Positions 1 to 11,377 of a DNA stretch of 64,000 bases are shown here, piece after piece. Origin of the DNA: Eledone cirrhosa (taxonomy: Eukaryota). The notes beneath the pieces are model-generated. The model made no database searches. It saw only the letters and a list, made by a program, of their open reading frames with translations, and was not told where the DNA came from. Position 1 is the stretch's first letter. Each line of letters opens with the position of its first letter. Where the stretch lies: contig OZ024763.1 of NCBI GenBank assembly GCA_964016885.1, positions 10,478,001 to 10,542,000 on the forward strand. The letters run 5' to 3'. The translations under genes and the position numbers were made by a program.

Positions 1-530
1 CGTTTAGGGCATCAGTAAAACAGGGGCTACATTACAGCACATGTTTAGGGTATCAGTAAAACAGGGGCTACATTACAGCACATGTTTAGGGTATCAGTGA
101 GAGAGGGGCTACATTACAGCACATGTTTAGGGCATCAGTAAAAGAGGGGCTACATTACAGCACATGTTTAGGGCATCAGTAAAAGAGAGGCTACATTACA
201 GCACATGTTTAGGGCATCAGTAAAAGAGGGGCTACATTACAGACATGTTTAGGGCATCAGTAAAAGAGAGGCTACATTACAGCACATGTTTAGGGCATCA
301 GTAAAAGAGGGGCTACATTACAGCACATGTTTAGGGCATCAGTGAGAGAGGGGCTACATTACAACATGTTTAGGGCATCAGTAAAAGAGGGGCGACATTA
401 CAGCACATGTTTAGGGCATCAGTAAAAGAGGGGCTACATTACAGCACATGTTTAGGGCATCAGTAAGAGAGGGGATACATTACAACACATGTTTAGGGCA
501 TCAGTAAAAGAGGGGCTACATTACAGCACA
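1..530. repeat. 41-bp minisatellite (~13 copies, runs off window start)
   Basis: Unit gtttagggcatcagtaaaagaggggctacattacagcacat; period 41 (catgtttag at 122 and 163). Confidence 0.95.
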
Positions 531-559
531 AGAAGAAGAATGAAGGAGGGAGTGAGAGA

Positions 560-830
560 GGCCAAGTTGACCATGATAGGATTTGAACTCAGAGTGCAGA
601 AAGCCAGAAAAATATTGTACAACATTTTTCTGGTGCTTTAACAACACCATTAACTTCTATGGGGAAGGAAAGTTGATTATATTAACCCCAGTATTTCGCT
701 GGTACTTTATTTTATCAACTCTGAAAGATTAAAAGGCAATGTTGACCTCAGCAAGATTTGAAAGCAGGATGTAAAGAGCTGGAAGAAATACAACATATTT
801 CTAACACTTCTAATTTCTTCTAGGCTGATG
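560..830 (-). mobile_element. Degenerate tRNA-type SINE fragments
   Basis: ggtactttattttatc...gatttgaactcaga motifs shared with copies at 14945, 23960, 49215 and 57000. Confidence 0.55.
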
Positions 831-954
831 GATTAGCAGAATTGCTAAACATATGCCAGCACGTTATTTGCAATGCCATTTTCACCTCAAACTCGGTAAT
901 AAAAATAGACAATAGACAGGTAAACATTATTTTTTTATAGTAAACAATTAACAA

Positions 955-1035
955 GGTGAAATTCCATTGGAATGATAACTTCCTGATGTTGTATCATGAG
1001 TATGTGAGATTTGAGGATATTGTGGTGGTGTAGAC
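955..1035 (-). pseudogene. ABCA NBD2 signature remnant
   Basis: Minus strand 1005-973 reads TYS*YNIRKLS, versus the ABCA NBD2 signature (T/N)YSGGNKRKLS. Confidence 0.5.
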
Positions 1036-1254
1036 TACACTAATATACACAGTCCCTTGCCAAACACACACGCTCTATATAATGTATGTGTTTATTGCTG
1101 TTTAATATAACCTAAAAGTTCTAACAAAGGCTAGGTGATTACAGAAAAGAGCCAAGTTTGAAGTGGAGCTGTGATATATTGCAATGATCTGGCTTGATCA
1201 TAAATATCTATCTATGGCATAATGACTGTACTGCAATGATCTGGATAAGTGATA

Positions 1255-1570
1255 AGTAAATATCTCCACCTTCACCTTCCTTTCCAAGTGAAACTTGAAA
1301 AAGTTGATAAGAGATTGGCTGAAGAGATACGTGTCTGTCTTCAGTCCTTTCAACCTTGTCCACCACATAACCTCTTTTGCTACTGCCACCAGACAGAGGA
1401 AAACTGCCTGCCCTTCGTGGCCAAACTGTCTGCTCTTGCTATACATTCAATGTCTCCTCTGGTGCATTTTTTGTTGGTTTTGTTACTTTTGTATGTTTTC
1501 TATCCAGCAACGTTACTTCAAAGACCCTTTGGAGGAACCCTATTTTGGTCATTTGTCTTCTTTCAGTCAT
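1255..1570 (-). mobile_element. Tx1/L1-like LINE ORF2 C-terminal fragment
   Basis: EGQAVFLCLVAVAKEVMWWTRLKGLKTDTYL matches the in-window copy EGEAVFLCVIAMVKEVVLCTRLKGLRSDTFL (9680-9770). Confidence 0.7.
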
Positions 1571-2285
1571 TAAGTAAGGGATGGCACAAATACCGAATTG
1601 AGGATAGCGAGTTTGGTTTCTACACCTACCCCTCTTCTTCTGATTACTGAATGTTGGAGCTGACACATTACTGCACCAGCTCCTGCAGTAGTTGTACATA
1701 GTTCAACCTCCTGCCTTTCACCACTTGTAAACACAGTCCTGAGATACTTGAACTTCTCCACTTGCTTCAGTGGAACTCCATTTTCATGCAGAGTGCACTC
1801 TGCAGGCTTCCTTGAGAGGATGAGTGTCTCAGTTTTCACAGCACTGATCTTCATTCCAGCCATGCAGCACTCGGCATAAAACCTCTCAAGTGCAAGTTGG
1901 AGATCAACTTCTAATGAGTTAAGTAACACCATGTCATCTGCTAATTCCAGCCGACTGACACGACACCTGCCAGTCATGATACCACTTCCAACCCGACTAC
2001 ACATGTCAATCCTGGTCATGAAGATTATGATCAAGAGAGGTGACAGTACGCACCCTTGGCAGAGTCTGACTCCCACATTGAATGGTTTTGATTTAGCACC
2101 ATTTATCTGAACACAAATACTCTGGCATTCATATAGAGACATCAGAGTAGCAACAAGCTGACCATCGATCCCATACTCCTGTAGAACCGTCCACAGCTGA
2201 TCCCTAGGAATGCAGTCATATGGCTTTTTGAGGTCTACACAACAAGAATATACCTCTTGGCAATACTCCCACAATTTCTCGAATA
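1570..2285 (-). mobile_element. RTE-clade LINE reverse transcriptase fragment (degenerate)
   Basis: ORF 1570-2274: VDLKKPYD, QGCVLSPLL, LADD and VEKFKYL RT motifs. Confidence 0.85.
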
Positions 2286-2389
2286 TTCAGAAGTCATTGC
2301 ACATAAAGAAAGAATCAAAGGAAAATATGATAATAATAATAAAAAAAAAAAAATAATAATGATGATGATGATATAATAATAATAATAAT

Positions 2390-3290
2390 AGTAATGTGCC
2401 AATACGTACAGACAGAGAAATCAATGCCAACCGATCAGATATTATAGTCAAAGATCACAAAGAAAAAGAAAATGCCTTCTAATAAATGTATCAAACCCCA
2501 CAGATGACAATATATCTTCCAAGGAAATAGAGAAACTCTCCAAATATAAAGATCTAGAGATAGAAAGAACTCAAATGTGGAAAATGAAAACAGAAACAAT
2601 ACCTATAATAATAGGTGTTCTAGGAAGGATAAAATACACAGACAAAACCCCAGGACTTACAAATATATATAGTATACAAAAGATAGAACTACTAGGTACT
2701 GTATATATATTATATAGAGTACCACAGGACTTACAAATATATATAGTATACAATAGATAGAACTACTAGGTACTGTATATATAGTATATAGAGTACCACA
2801 GGACTTACACATATATATAGTATACAAAAGATAGAACTACTAGGCACTGTATATATATTATATAGAGTACCACAGGACTTACAAGTACATATAGCATACA
2901 ACAGATAGAACTACTAGGCACTGTATATATATTATATAGAGTACCACAGGACTTACAAGTACATATAGCATACAACAGATAGAACTACTAGGCTCTGTAT
3001 ATATATTATATAGAGTACCACAGGACTTACAAGTACATATAGCATACAACAGATAGAACTACTAGGCACTGTATATATATTATATAGAGTACCACAGGAC
3101 TTACAAGTACATATAGCATACAACAGATAGAACTACTAGGCACTGCACACATTACAAAAAGTACTGTCAATACAATAGAAACAACATCAGCAAAAACTAC
3201 ACTGCACATACCCAAGGTGCACAGTGCTGTGCTCAATAAAGCAGTAATGATGCGCAATAAAAATAATAATGAAAATGATAATAATAATAA
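2390..3290 (+). mobile_element. Dong/R4-type non-LTR retrotransposon 3' end (restriction-like endonuclease domain) between (TAA)n tracts
   Basis: PIRTDREINANRSDIIVKD...KEIEKLSKYKDLEIE..MWKMKTETIPIIIGVLG is the REL domain pattern; (taa)n lies on both sides. Confidence 0.75.
2650..3145. repeat. 74-bp minisatellite (~6.5 copies) inside the Dong/R4 element
   Basis: gtaccacagg at 2867, 2941, 3015 and 3089. Confidence 0.92.
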
Positions 3291-3294
3291 TAGT

Positions 3295-3480
3295 TTCTTT
3301 ATTGGCCACAAGGGCTAACATGAAGAAAAACATTACAGGCGACACAAAGTGGGTTTTGGCTGTGTAAAAAGGTTATAACAAGAAAATAGAAATGTGTAAA
3401 AACAAATCAAAAAATTAAAACAACAAAAATTCCCCAATAGGAGGGAAACCTCCGAAGTGGTGAGTAGAGTTTGAAAATTG
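3295..3480 (-). mobile_element. Tx1-like LINE 3'UTR fragment
   Basis: Reverse complement cccttgtggccaataaa resembles the 3' end cccccgtggcaaataaa at ~9995. Confidence 0.45.
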
Positions 3481-3994
3481 AAATTGAAATAGAAGGCTCC
3501 ACCATAAGATTTAAATAGTCTAATAATAATAACAACAATAAATAACTTTGAAGCCAGAAGTGACATATTTAACCTATATTTCCTCTGCCAAACCATATTA
3601 TGTAAGACTACCATAAAAAAATGTGGCAGCCAGGAGTTTCAATGTAAAAGTTAGCCAGGATATATAAATATATATTGTTTATTTTAAAATATATGTTTTA
3701 TTTTAGATTTAATGTTTCTTTGGAAGCAGGCAAGGTTTCTTTTTTAGTTTCCTTTTTACCCCCTCAAATTGAAGAATTTGGTGTTAGTTATGTAGTTATC
3801 ATGTCTAAAATATTTGAAATTCTAAAGTGGCATGGCAATGGGTAAATGGGAAAATGGCTGTTTTGTATCTTTTCACTGGATATAAACATAGGTTCTTTCT
3901 TTCTTGCTCTCTCATGTACTTTATGTATGTATGTACACACACATACATATGCCTAAAGATACATATATGTATATATATATATATATATATATAA

Positions 3995-4345
3995 TATCAT
4001 CATCATCGTTTAACGTCTATCTTCCATGCTAGCATGGGTTTAGAGAGGAATTGTCCCACTTGAGGCAAGATTGGTTGTCTTGCTCATATAGGACTGTCTG
4101 GCAGGTTTTCTATGGCTGGATGCCCTTCCTAACACCAACCACGTTTACAGTGTGGACTGGGAGGTTTTTACCGTGTTACCTACACGGCCACATTACAGCG
4201 TGGACTGTGTGTTTTTTTGTCGTGACACCTACATGACCTCATTTATTTAGGACTGGATGTTGTGGTACCAACATAACTTTAAAGAGAAAGGGGTGGTGTT
4301 GATGGGGGTGGGAGTTGGGGTAGTGGGATGGGGGTGTATTTTTGG
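3995..4345 (-). mobile_element. RTE-like LINE 3'UTR with (TGA)n tail
   Basis: Near-identical reverse complement of 53140-53483. Confidence 0.8.
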
Positions 4346-4382
4346 TTAAGAGGTTCATATATATATATGAAAAAGTGTGACC

Positions 4383-4471
4383 CCCGATGGCAGAGCTCAA
4401 GCCGTTTCGACGGCTATTTCTGGACTGAGTCCAGAAATAGCCGTCAAAACGGCTTGAGCTCTGCCGTCGGG
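4383..4471. repeat. Near-perfect palindrome, 44-bp arms, 1-nt loop
   Basis: Arms 4383-4426 and 4428-4471 are reverse complements with 2 mismatches. Confidence 0.95.
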
Positions 4472-4489
4472 ACACACACACACACACAC

Positions 4490-4565
4490 ACTTTTTCCTA
4501 TTACCCACTCTACTACCCTAAGTATTGAGTACTCTGGTGCGTTATGGTCCATCCAGTTACTTTGC
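4490..4565 (-). pseudogene. ABCA NBD2 remnant
   Basis: APEYSILRVVEWVIGK versus recalled ABCA1 VPEKEVGKVGEWAIRK. Confidence 0.4.
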
Positions 4566-4824
4566 TATATATATATATCATCACTTAACATTCATTTTCT
4601 CTGTTATCAAGGGCTGGACTGTCACTACTGGAGCCACAGACTTCTCAGATAAGTCAGGATCTGTGTCTTACATGCATTTGGCAATCTACAGAATGTACGG
4701 GGCACATTTTATCCTGGTTCTAACACTAGGGAGGTTGTCATGGCACAACTAAACAGTCCTTATTGACACTTTTTCCCTTGTATGGATTATGATGTAACTT
4801 CATCTCAGTTTCATGTATCATTGT

Positions 4825-5345
4825 TACACACACATACACACACTCACACACACACTCACATACACTCACATACACATACACACACACATACACCCACACA
4901 TACCCCCACACACACACTCACACACACACACACATATACACACACTCACACACTCACACACACTCTCACACACACACACTCACACTCACACTCACACACA
5001 CTCACACACTCACGCCCCCCCCCGCCACATATATATATATTATAATTCTGCTTGTTTCATATGTTATGTTTTAGTAAGTTACACACACATCTACTAAAGA
5101 CATAAACAGATACACAGACAACAGAAGTGCAAACTCACACACAGACACACACAAACATACACACACACAGACACACACAAACATACACACACACACACAA
5201 ATATACACACAGACCCCCCCCCCACACAGACACACACAAACATACAGACATACCCCCCCCCCACACACAAACACACACATTTACTCATACATATTCATAA
5301 ATATACACATTATACAAAATATTTATTACATACACACATATCTAT
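4825..5345. repeat. Compound (CA)n microsatellite
   Basis: Direct inspection. Confidence 0.9.
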
Positions 5346-5374
5346 GTAATGATTGAGGAAGCATCTCTGCCATT

Positions 5375-6065
5375 CCTTTTGTTCATACTCTCCTCTTGTT
5401 GGTAAGCACTGATTTCACCCATTTAAGTACAGTGGCTGAATCAGTTTGAATTTCTATAGTTTGTAGCCCCCATCTCAGGGTGAGATTCACTCCCTTCAGC
5501 AAGGGTCCAATTTGGCCAAATTGATGTGATTGCAGTCCTCCTTCTTCCTGAGCTAGACTGCATCCTTGACCTCGACATCCCTTATTTCTCTTACAGTTCA
5601 CCTATCCTCTTATCTCTTGACATAGTTGTTCGGAGCCAACCCGCAATTGGATGATGACGCACCAATTTCTCACACATCAAGAAAAGTTCTCATCTGTCAA
5701 TGCCAGTTCCCAGTTCTGAGACATCATTTCCTCTCCAAAAATAACAATGTGCCCATCTTGTCTTTATGCAGCCTCAGTCCTAGTGCAGCTCTTCCTTCCA
5801 TCGCCTCCAGTGTTTTCACAGTTAACCCAAAGCTTTCTAGGTTTTCTCCTGTAAATTCGGTTTGTGTAGCCAACCTCTGGATTTCTGTCACAAACATGTC
5901 CACTTCACATTTCCTAATTTGATGAATGCAGCACACGATCCCTCAGTGAATGCTTCCTTCAGGTGCTGCTCGATTTTCTCTGCATTTGGTTGGTCTGCCT
6001 GGTTCATTTTGTGATACAACGCCAGTGCATTCCCTTCCAGGTACAAAGCCCTGAGGCCTGCTACA
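5375..6065 (-). mobile_element. Gypsy-like LTR retrotransposon gag/RNase H fragments (internally deleted)
   Basis: LYLEGNALALY...EKIEQHLKEAF (gag-like) and GVNLTLRWGLQTIEIQTDSATVLKWVKSVL (RNase H-like). Confidence 0.6.
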
Positions 6066-6074
6066 TTTTAGATC

Positions 6075-6990
6075 TCTACCCTCCAAGGAAATCGACTACA
6101 TAAGCCACTTCAAATGAAAAACTAACATATTGTATGTTCTACCAAAAATACACCAATGCAAAATGATAAATGATGCTTGAAAAATCTCGACATCCAGTTA
6201 ACACTCCCAGACAACCAAATACATCCAGTTAACACTCCCAGACAACCAAATACATCCAGTTAACACTCCCAGACAACCAAATACATCCAGTTACACTCCC
6301 AGACAACCAAATACATCCAGTTAACACTCCCAGACAACCAAATACATCCAGTTAACACTCCCAGACAACCAAATACATCCAGTTACACTCCCAGACAACC
6401 AAATACATCCAATTAACACTCCCAGACAACCAAATACATCCAGTTACACTCCCAGACAACCAAATACATCCAGTTAACACTCCCAGACAACCAAATACAT
6501 CCAATTAACACTCCCAGACAACCAAATACATCCAGTTACACTCCCAGACAACCAAATACATCCAATTAACACTCCCAGACAACCAAATACATCCAGTTAC
6601 ACTCCCAGACAACCAAATACATCCAGTTAACACTCCCAGACAACCAAATACATCCAGTTAACACTCCCAGACAACCAAATACATCCAGTTAACACTCCCA
6701 GACGATTTGAAGATTAGGCCAATTATAGCAAGCTCTGTGCATGTGAAACACATAGACTGAGTAACTTTGTGGACATCTTTTTAAAGCCTTACCTAACACG
6801 TGTAGAGCTACATGTAAGATGACCTAGACATGCTGAATCATCTCCCCAAAACAGTAAATGAACACATAATTTTAGTTTCCTTTGACATTGTCAACTTATA
6901 CACAAACATACCCCATAACTGCAATTGAAGATTGGCTTGACACTCACCAATTCAAAATACCAGTGTGGATAAGAAAACACTTCATCCTGA
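6075..6990 (+). mobile_element. Penelope-like element RT fragment, split by a 31-bp array
   Basis: YVLPKIH before the array; after it DLKIRPIIA, LSNFVDIFLKPYL and LVSFDIVNLYTNIPH (PLE RT motifs). Confidence 0.8.
6191..6703. repeat. 31-bp (30-bp variants) minisatellite, ~16.5 copies
   Basis: Unit catccagttaacactcccagacaaccaaata. Confidence 0.95.
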
Positions 6991-7043
6991 TTCATATTAC
7001 CAAAACATTTACTTTTTGTTTAGCAGATTTGTGCCAACAAGGC
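6990..7043 (-). pseudogene. ABCA NBD2 Walker A remnant
   Basis: LVGTNLLTKSKCF aligns without gaps to LLGVNGAGKSSTF; it is bounded by a SINE and a Penelope insertion. Confidence 0.4.
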
Positions 7044-7376
7044 ACATGGCTTAGTGGTTAGAGCATTGGGCTTGCAATCGAAAGGTTGTGAGTTCAATTC
7101 TCAGACCGGGTGATGTGTTGTTTCCTTGAGCAAGACACTTTATTTCACATTGCTCCAGTTTACTCAGCTGTAGAAATGAGATGATAGGACTGGGGTCCCT
7201 ATCATTGCACTGCAAAGTGGTCGTGAAGGCGCCACGGCAAAAAAAGCACCCAGCACTCACTGTAAATGAGGTTGGTGTTAGGAAGGGCATCCAGCTGTAG
7301 AAATCAAGCCAGAATCAGTTCCCGTCCCACCCTTGCAAGCAGGGAAAAAGTGGACGTAAAATGAAATGAAATGAAA
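7041..7376 (+). mobile_element. Full-length tRNA-derived SINE with LINE-derived 3' end
   Basis: Box A tggcttagtgg, box B gttcaattc, (tgaaa)n tail; copies at 24712, 51580 and 15777. Confidence 0.85.
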
Positions 7377-7384
7377 CATCAGAA

Positions 7385-7770
7385 ACGACAAAAAGCTCCC
7401 AGCCTACACCGTTGAATGGTTGTGTAGGAGTCACAACAAAAACCAACTAGTACTCACTGTAAAGTGGTAGTGTAGGTGTCACAAAAAAAAGTACCCAGTA
7501 CTCACCGTAAAGTGGTCATGTAGGCGTCACAACAAAAGTACCCAGTACACACTGTAAAGTGGTCATGTAGGTATCACAACAAAAAGTACCCAGTCCACAC
7601 TGTAGATGTGGTTGGTGTTAGGGAGGACATCCAGCTGAAGAAACCAACCCAGAAACAGTTCTGTGTGAGCAAGACATGGTCTCTTGACCCAACTTGCATC
7701 AAATAGGACAACCCATCTAACCCATGTTTGAGTGGAAATTAGGTTTAAATGATGATGATGATGATGATGT
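7385..7770 (+). mobile_element. RTE-like LINE 3'UTR (internal ~40-bp subrepeats) with (TGA)n tail
   Basis: Repeated cactgtaaagtgg blocks; similar to 14040-14348. Confidence 0.7.
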
Positions 7771-7774
7771 CTGC

Positions 7775-10015
7775 CTGTCGACGGAGGTAGACGTGTATTA
7801 ACGAGCTCTGTGTTTTACATTGGTTTTACCTTGTAAAGAGTGAATTTTTGGATCATTTTTCTATTGTAATATAGTTTAACCCCTCGTTTGGACCTGCAGA
7901 CATTGGGGTTATTATTGTTTTCGCCCCTTTTGGGGGTGAAAGTTTTCATCTTGCATTTTTGTGAACTGGGCTTGTAGTAATGGACGGCATTAATACAAGT
8001 CATGGTGCCACCCTCCCCAAAGAAAAAAAAAATCTTCGAGGAAAATTGAAAGCACAAAGTGCCCAGCTTCTCCCCGTTCCTTTAACGAAAAACATTAATA
8101 AGGAACAACAGACAACAACCGAAAAGACACAAATTGGAAATAATAACAGCAACGGAAAAATTATCGATACCAATACGAACACCAAAGTGAACAGCGACAA
8201 CAACAACAATAACAAGAAAGACAACGACAACAAAATTTCCTTTGCGGAAACTGAAAAAAGAAACACAAGTGTTCCTACCTTTGGATTTAACCAACGCAAA
8301 GCAAAAGTTGGAAGAAGCAAAAAGGTATGTGACTTTCGAACCCGATGGTTCATTCAGCATTAATTCCCCAGAAGAAATAAAAAGAGAAATTGCCACGAGC
8401 ACGGTGGTGTTCAGGACAATCTCGAATGCTACAAAAAAACCCAGTACACCCGTCTCAGAGTGAGATAGAGCTGGTTTTAAGAAACCAAATGGAAAGTATT
8501 TTGTTCATCCAAAAAGGAAAACTCTTCGGTAGCATCTCAGTGCTTATGAAGGACCAAGAAACGGTGCAAAAACATTCCATTGCGCCCATTGTATCCACCC
8601 ACTTCACCTTTTTCCCGTCTTACATGGGAAGAAGGTCTCAAAAAATAAAATTCCACTGCATAAGACCCAAAGTAGACACTTGGTGGCTACTTTGTGGCGT
8701 TTTAGACCTTGACCAAGACATTATAATCTCGGTTGGAAAGTCCCCCAGACAGGTCTTTAGTGGGACCAGCGTAGAACTTCTGGTGCAGATGAGCCCAGAA
8801 AGGATAGCGAAGATCCTACAGAGAATTCATTTAGATGGAGAGACCTACATAAACATTTCAGTTGAGGGTAGGCGACCCGCGTGTTACCACTGCGCAAGCA
8901 GAGGTCACCTGAGGGTTGCATGCCCTCAACTGATAAAAAAGAAACCTTTATTACAAACACCACAAACAATAACACCACCACAACAACAACAACAGCTCAA
9001 GAAAACAACCCAAAACACGGTCCCACTCCAGCCCCTCCCCACAGAACACAAATACAAAGACACACGCAGTGCAAACACAACCTGGCAATATACCCCTCCC
9101 CTCCAATACAGAAGAGGAACTCATATCCTCGGAAGACGAGGGGGCTCCCGTCCAAAAAGTCAAAAGAAAAAACGTACACACACCACACAAACAAAAATAA
9201 CCCCACCTGACAACACAACACAGACAACAAAACGCAAGCTCACTCAAGAACAACAAACAAAAACAAACACAACAACACAAAAACTGGGTGGGGTTGGGGT
9301 TGTCGTTCTGCTGCAAAAACATCTGGGTCTCGCTACACAGACGGTACACTTGGACCCGAAGGGTCGACTGGTGGTTCTGGACCTTGGCAGTGGTGAAGGC
9401 GAAGCTTTTAGGCTTGTCGCCGTTTACGCCCCTTTTGGGGCAATGCGGTCGGACTTCTTCCATCGTCTGGAGACTTTTCTAGGGACGTCCCGCTCCTTGC
9501 TTTTAGTGGGGGACTGGAATGGTATCCTAGATGCACGTTGGGACTATGTAGGGGCATGTCCCGGGCGTTACCGATCTGTGGTGCTATGTCGAACAACTGC
9601 TGTCACAGGTGGGACCAATTAGGTTGACCACCGAGTCCATTGTAACGATCAAGCCGCCTCCCCTCTTCAAAAATGAAGGAGAGGCGGTCTTCCTCTGTGT
9701 AATAGCCATGGTAAAAGAGGTTGTATTGTGCACGCGTCTAAAAGGGCTGAGGTCGGACACCTTTCTTTCCGGCCAACAACGGGTCCTTTTCTTTCGATAC
9801 CATTTCGGAAGAAGGATCAGGATGGAGAGAGAGGTGCTCCACCCCAGCCAGTTTTATGAAAGGTGGGTGAAAGTTGCGAGAATGGCCCCTGTGAATTGTT
9901 ACAATTTTATTTGTTATTACTTTTTTTTACTCGAGTTATATGTAAAAACCCCCCCCCCCCCCCCCCATGTATATGTCCCTTTCTTTTGTGCCCCCGTGGC
10001 AAATAAACAGAAATT
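7775..10015 (+). mobile_element. Tx1/L1-clade LINE, internally deleted (5'UTR, ORF1 with CCHC knuckle, partial APE endonuclease, ORF2 C-terminus, 3'UTR)
   Basis: CYHCASRGHLRVAC zinc knuckle; GRLVVLD..RLVAVYAP..LVGDWN APE motifs; RT absent; aataaa followed by (gtct)n. Confidence 0.8.
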
Positions 10016-10356
10016 TGTCTGTCTGTCTGTCTGTCTGTCTGCCTTTTGTCTGTCTGTCTGTCCTCATACCTCCATCTGTTTATCTTTGTGTATATGTGTG
10101 TATGTGTGTGCATATGTGTACATGTATGTGTATGTGTGTGTGTATGTACATGTAAATGTGTATGTGTGTAAATATGTATGTGCGCTTGTGTATGTGTGTG
10201 TAAATGTGTGTGTGTATGTATATGTGTGTGTGTGTGTGTGTAAATGTGTTTGTGTGTGTGTCTCTCTATATGTATGTGTGTGTATTTGTATATGTATATG
10301 TGTATATATATGTGTGTGTATATATATATATATATGTGTGTGTGTGTATGTATGTG

Positions 10357-10399
<43 letters not shown>

Positions 10400-11140
10400 G
10401 CTTACCTTTCACATTCCAATCTCATCCTTCCCCACCACACACACATTAGCCACTTCCTGTTGCAGTAAACACACACATACTTACACAAACATACATACAC
10501 ACACATACACATGCAGACATACACGCATGCACACATACACACTCATACATACACACACACACAGACAATACATACACACATACACACACACATACATACA
10601 CCCATGCACACACACATACATACACACATACATATACACATACATACACACACACATACACACAGACGTACACACACATGCAGACATACACACACACACA
10701 CACATGCAGACATACACACACATACACACATACATACACACATATACATACATACACCCACATACGCACACCTACGCACACATACATACACATACATACA
10801 CATACACATACGTACACTCACATACACACATACATATATACACACACATACACACAAATGCACACAAGCATACACAAACATATACATACACAAATATATA
10901 CATACACAAACATATACCTACATAAACATATACATATATACACATACACAAACACACATACACACAAGCATACACACATACATTTTTTGTTTTCTATAAC
11001 ATTGTTTTATTAGCTTATTTAATTTACTATGCTCTTCTCTCTCTCTCTCTCTCTCTGTCTCTCACTCTCTTTACCTCTCCTCTCTCTCTCACCCCCTCTC
11101 TCTATCTCCATCTCTCTCTTCCCCTCCTCTCTCCCCCTCC
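10016..11140. repeat. Compound microsatellites (GTCT)n, (TG)n, (CA)n, (CT)n
   Basis: Direct inspection. Confidence 0.9.
10406..10456 (-). pseudogene. Exon remnant (51 nt)
   Basis: caacag| ... |gtaagc; EVANVCVVGKDEIGM*K resembles ABCA AVDxICV. Confidence 0.45.
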
Positions 11141-11158
11141 CATTAACCTATAACTAAC

Positions 11159-11256
11159 CTGTCTGACAACAGTTTTCATTTCAGTCATACCACCTTCTTT
11201 TTAAATTTTAATGATTTTATGTTCTGACTCAAAACATTTTTGTACCTTAGAATTAC
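11159..11256 (-). pseudogene. Exon remnant (98 nt)
   Basis: Polypyrimidine tract plus cacag| ... CAG|gttagt; NSKVQKCFESEHKIIKI*KEGGMTEMKTVVRQ is in phase with the 10456 exon. Confidence 0.4.
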
Positions 11257-11377
11257 CTGTGTGTGTGAGAGGAGAGAGAGAGAGGGGAAGAGAGAGAAAG
11301 AGAAGGAAAGAGAGAGAGAGAAAGAAAGGAGAAAGAGAGAGGGGGGGGAAAGAGGCAGCAATATTTTCTTTTCAATT

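Noticed and set aside
1-530. Telomeric repeat (ttaggg in the unit)
   Set aside because: Only one TTAGGG per 41-bp unit, not a tandem telomeric tract.
6948-6990. Continuation of the ABCA Walker A exon to a gtgagt donor at 6947
   Set aside because: This stretch reads better as plus-strand Penelope RT (AIEDWLDTHQFKIPVWIRKHFIL).
7041-7110. tRNA genes at SINE heads
   Set aside because: A/B boxes are present but continue into SINE bodies; no complete cloverleaf.
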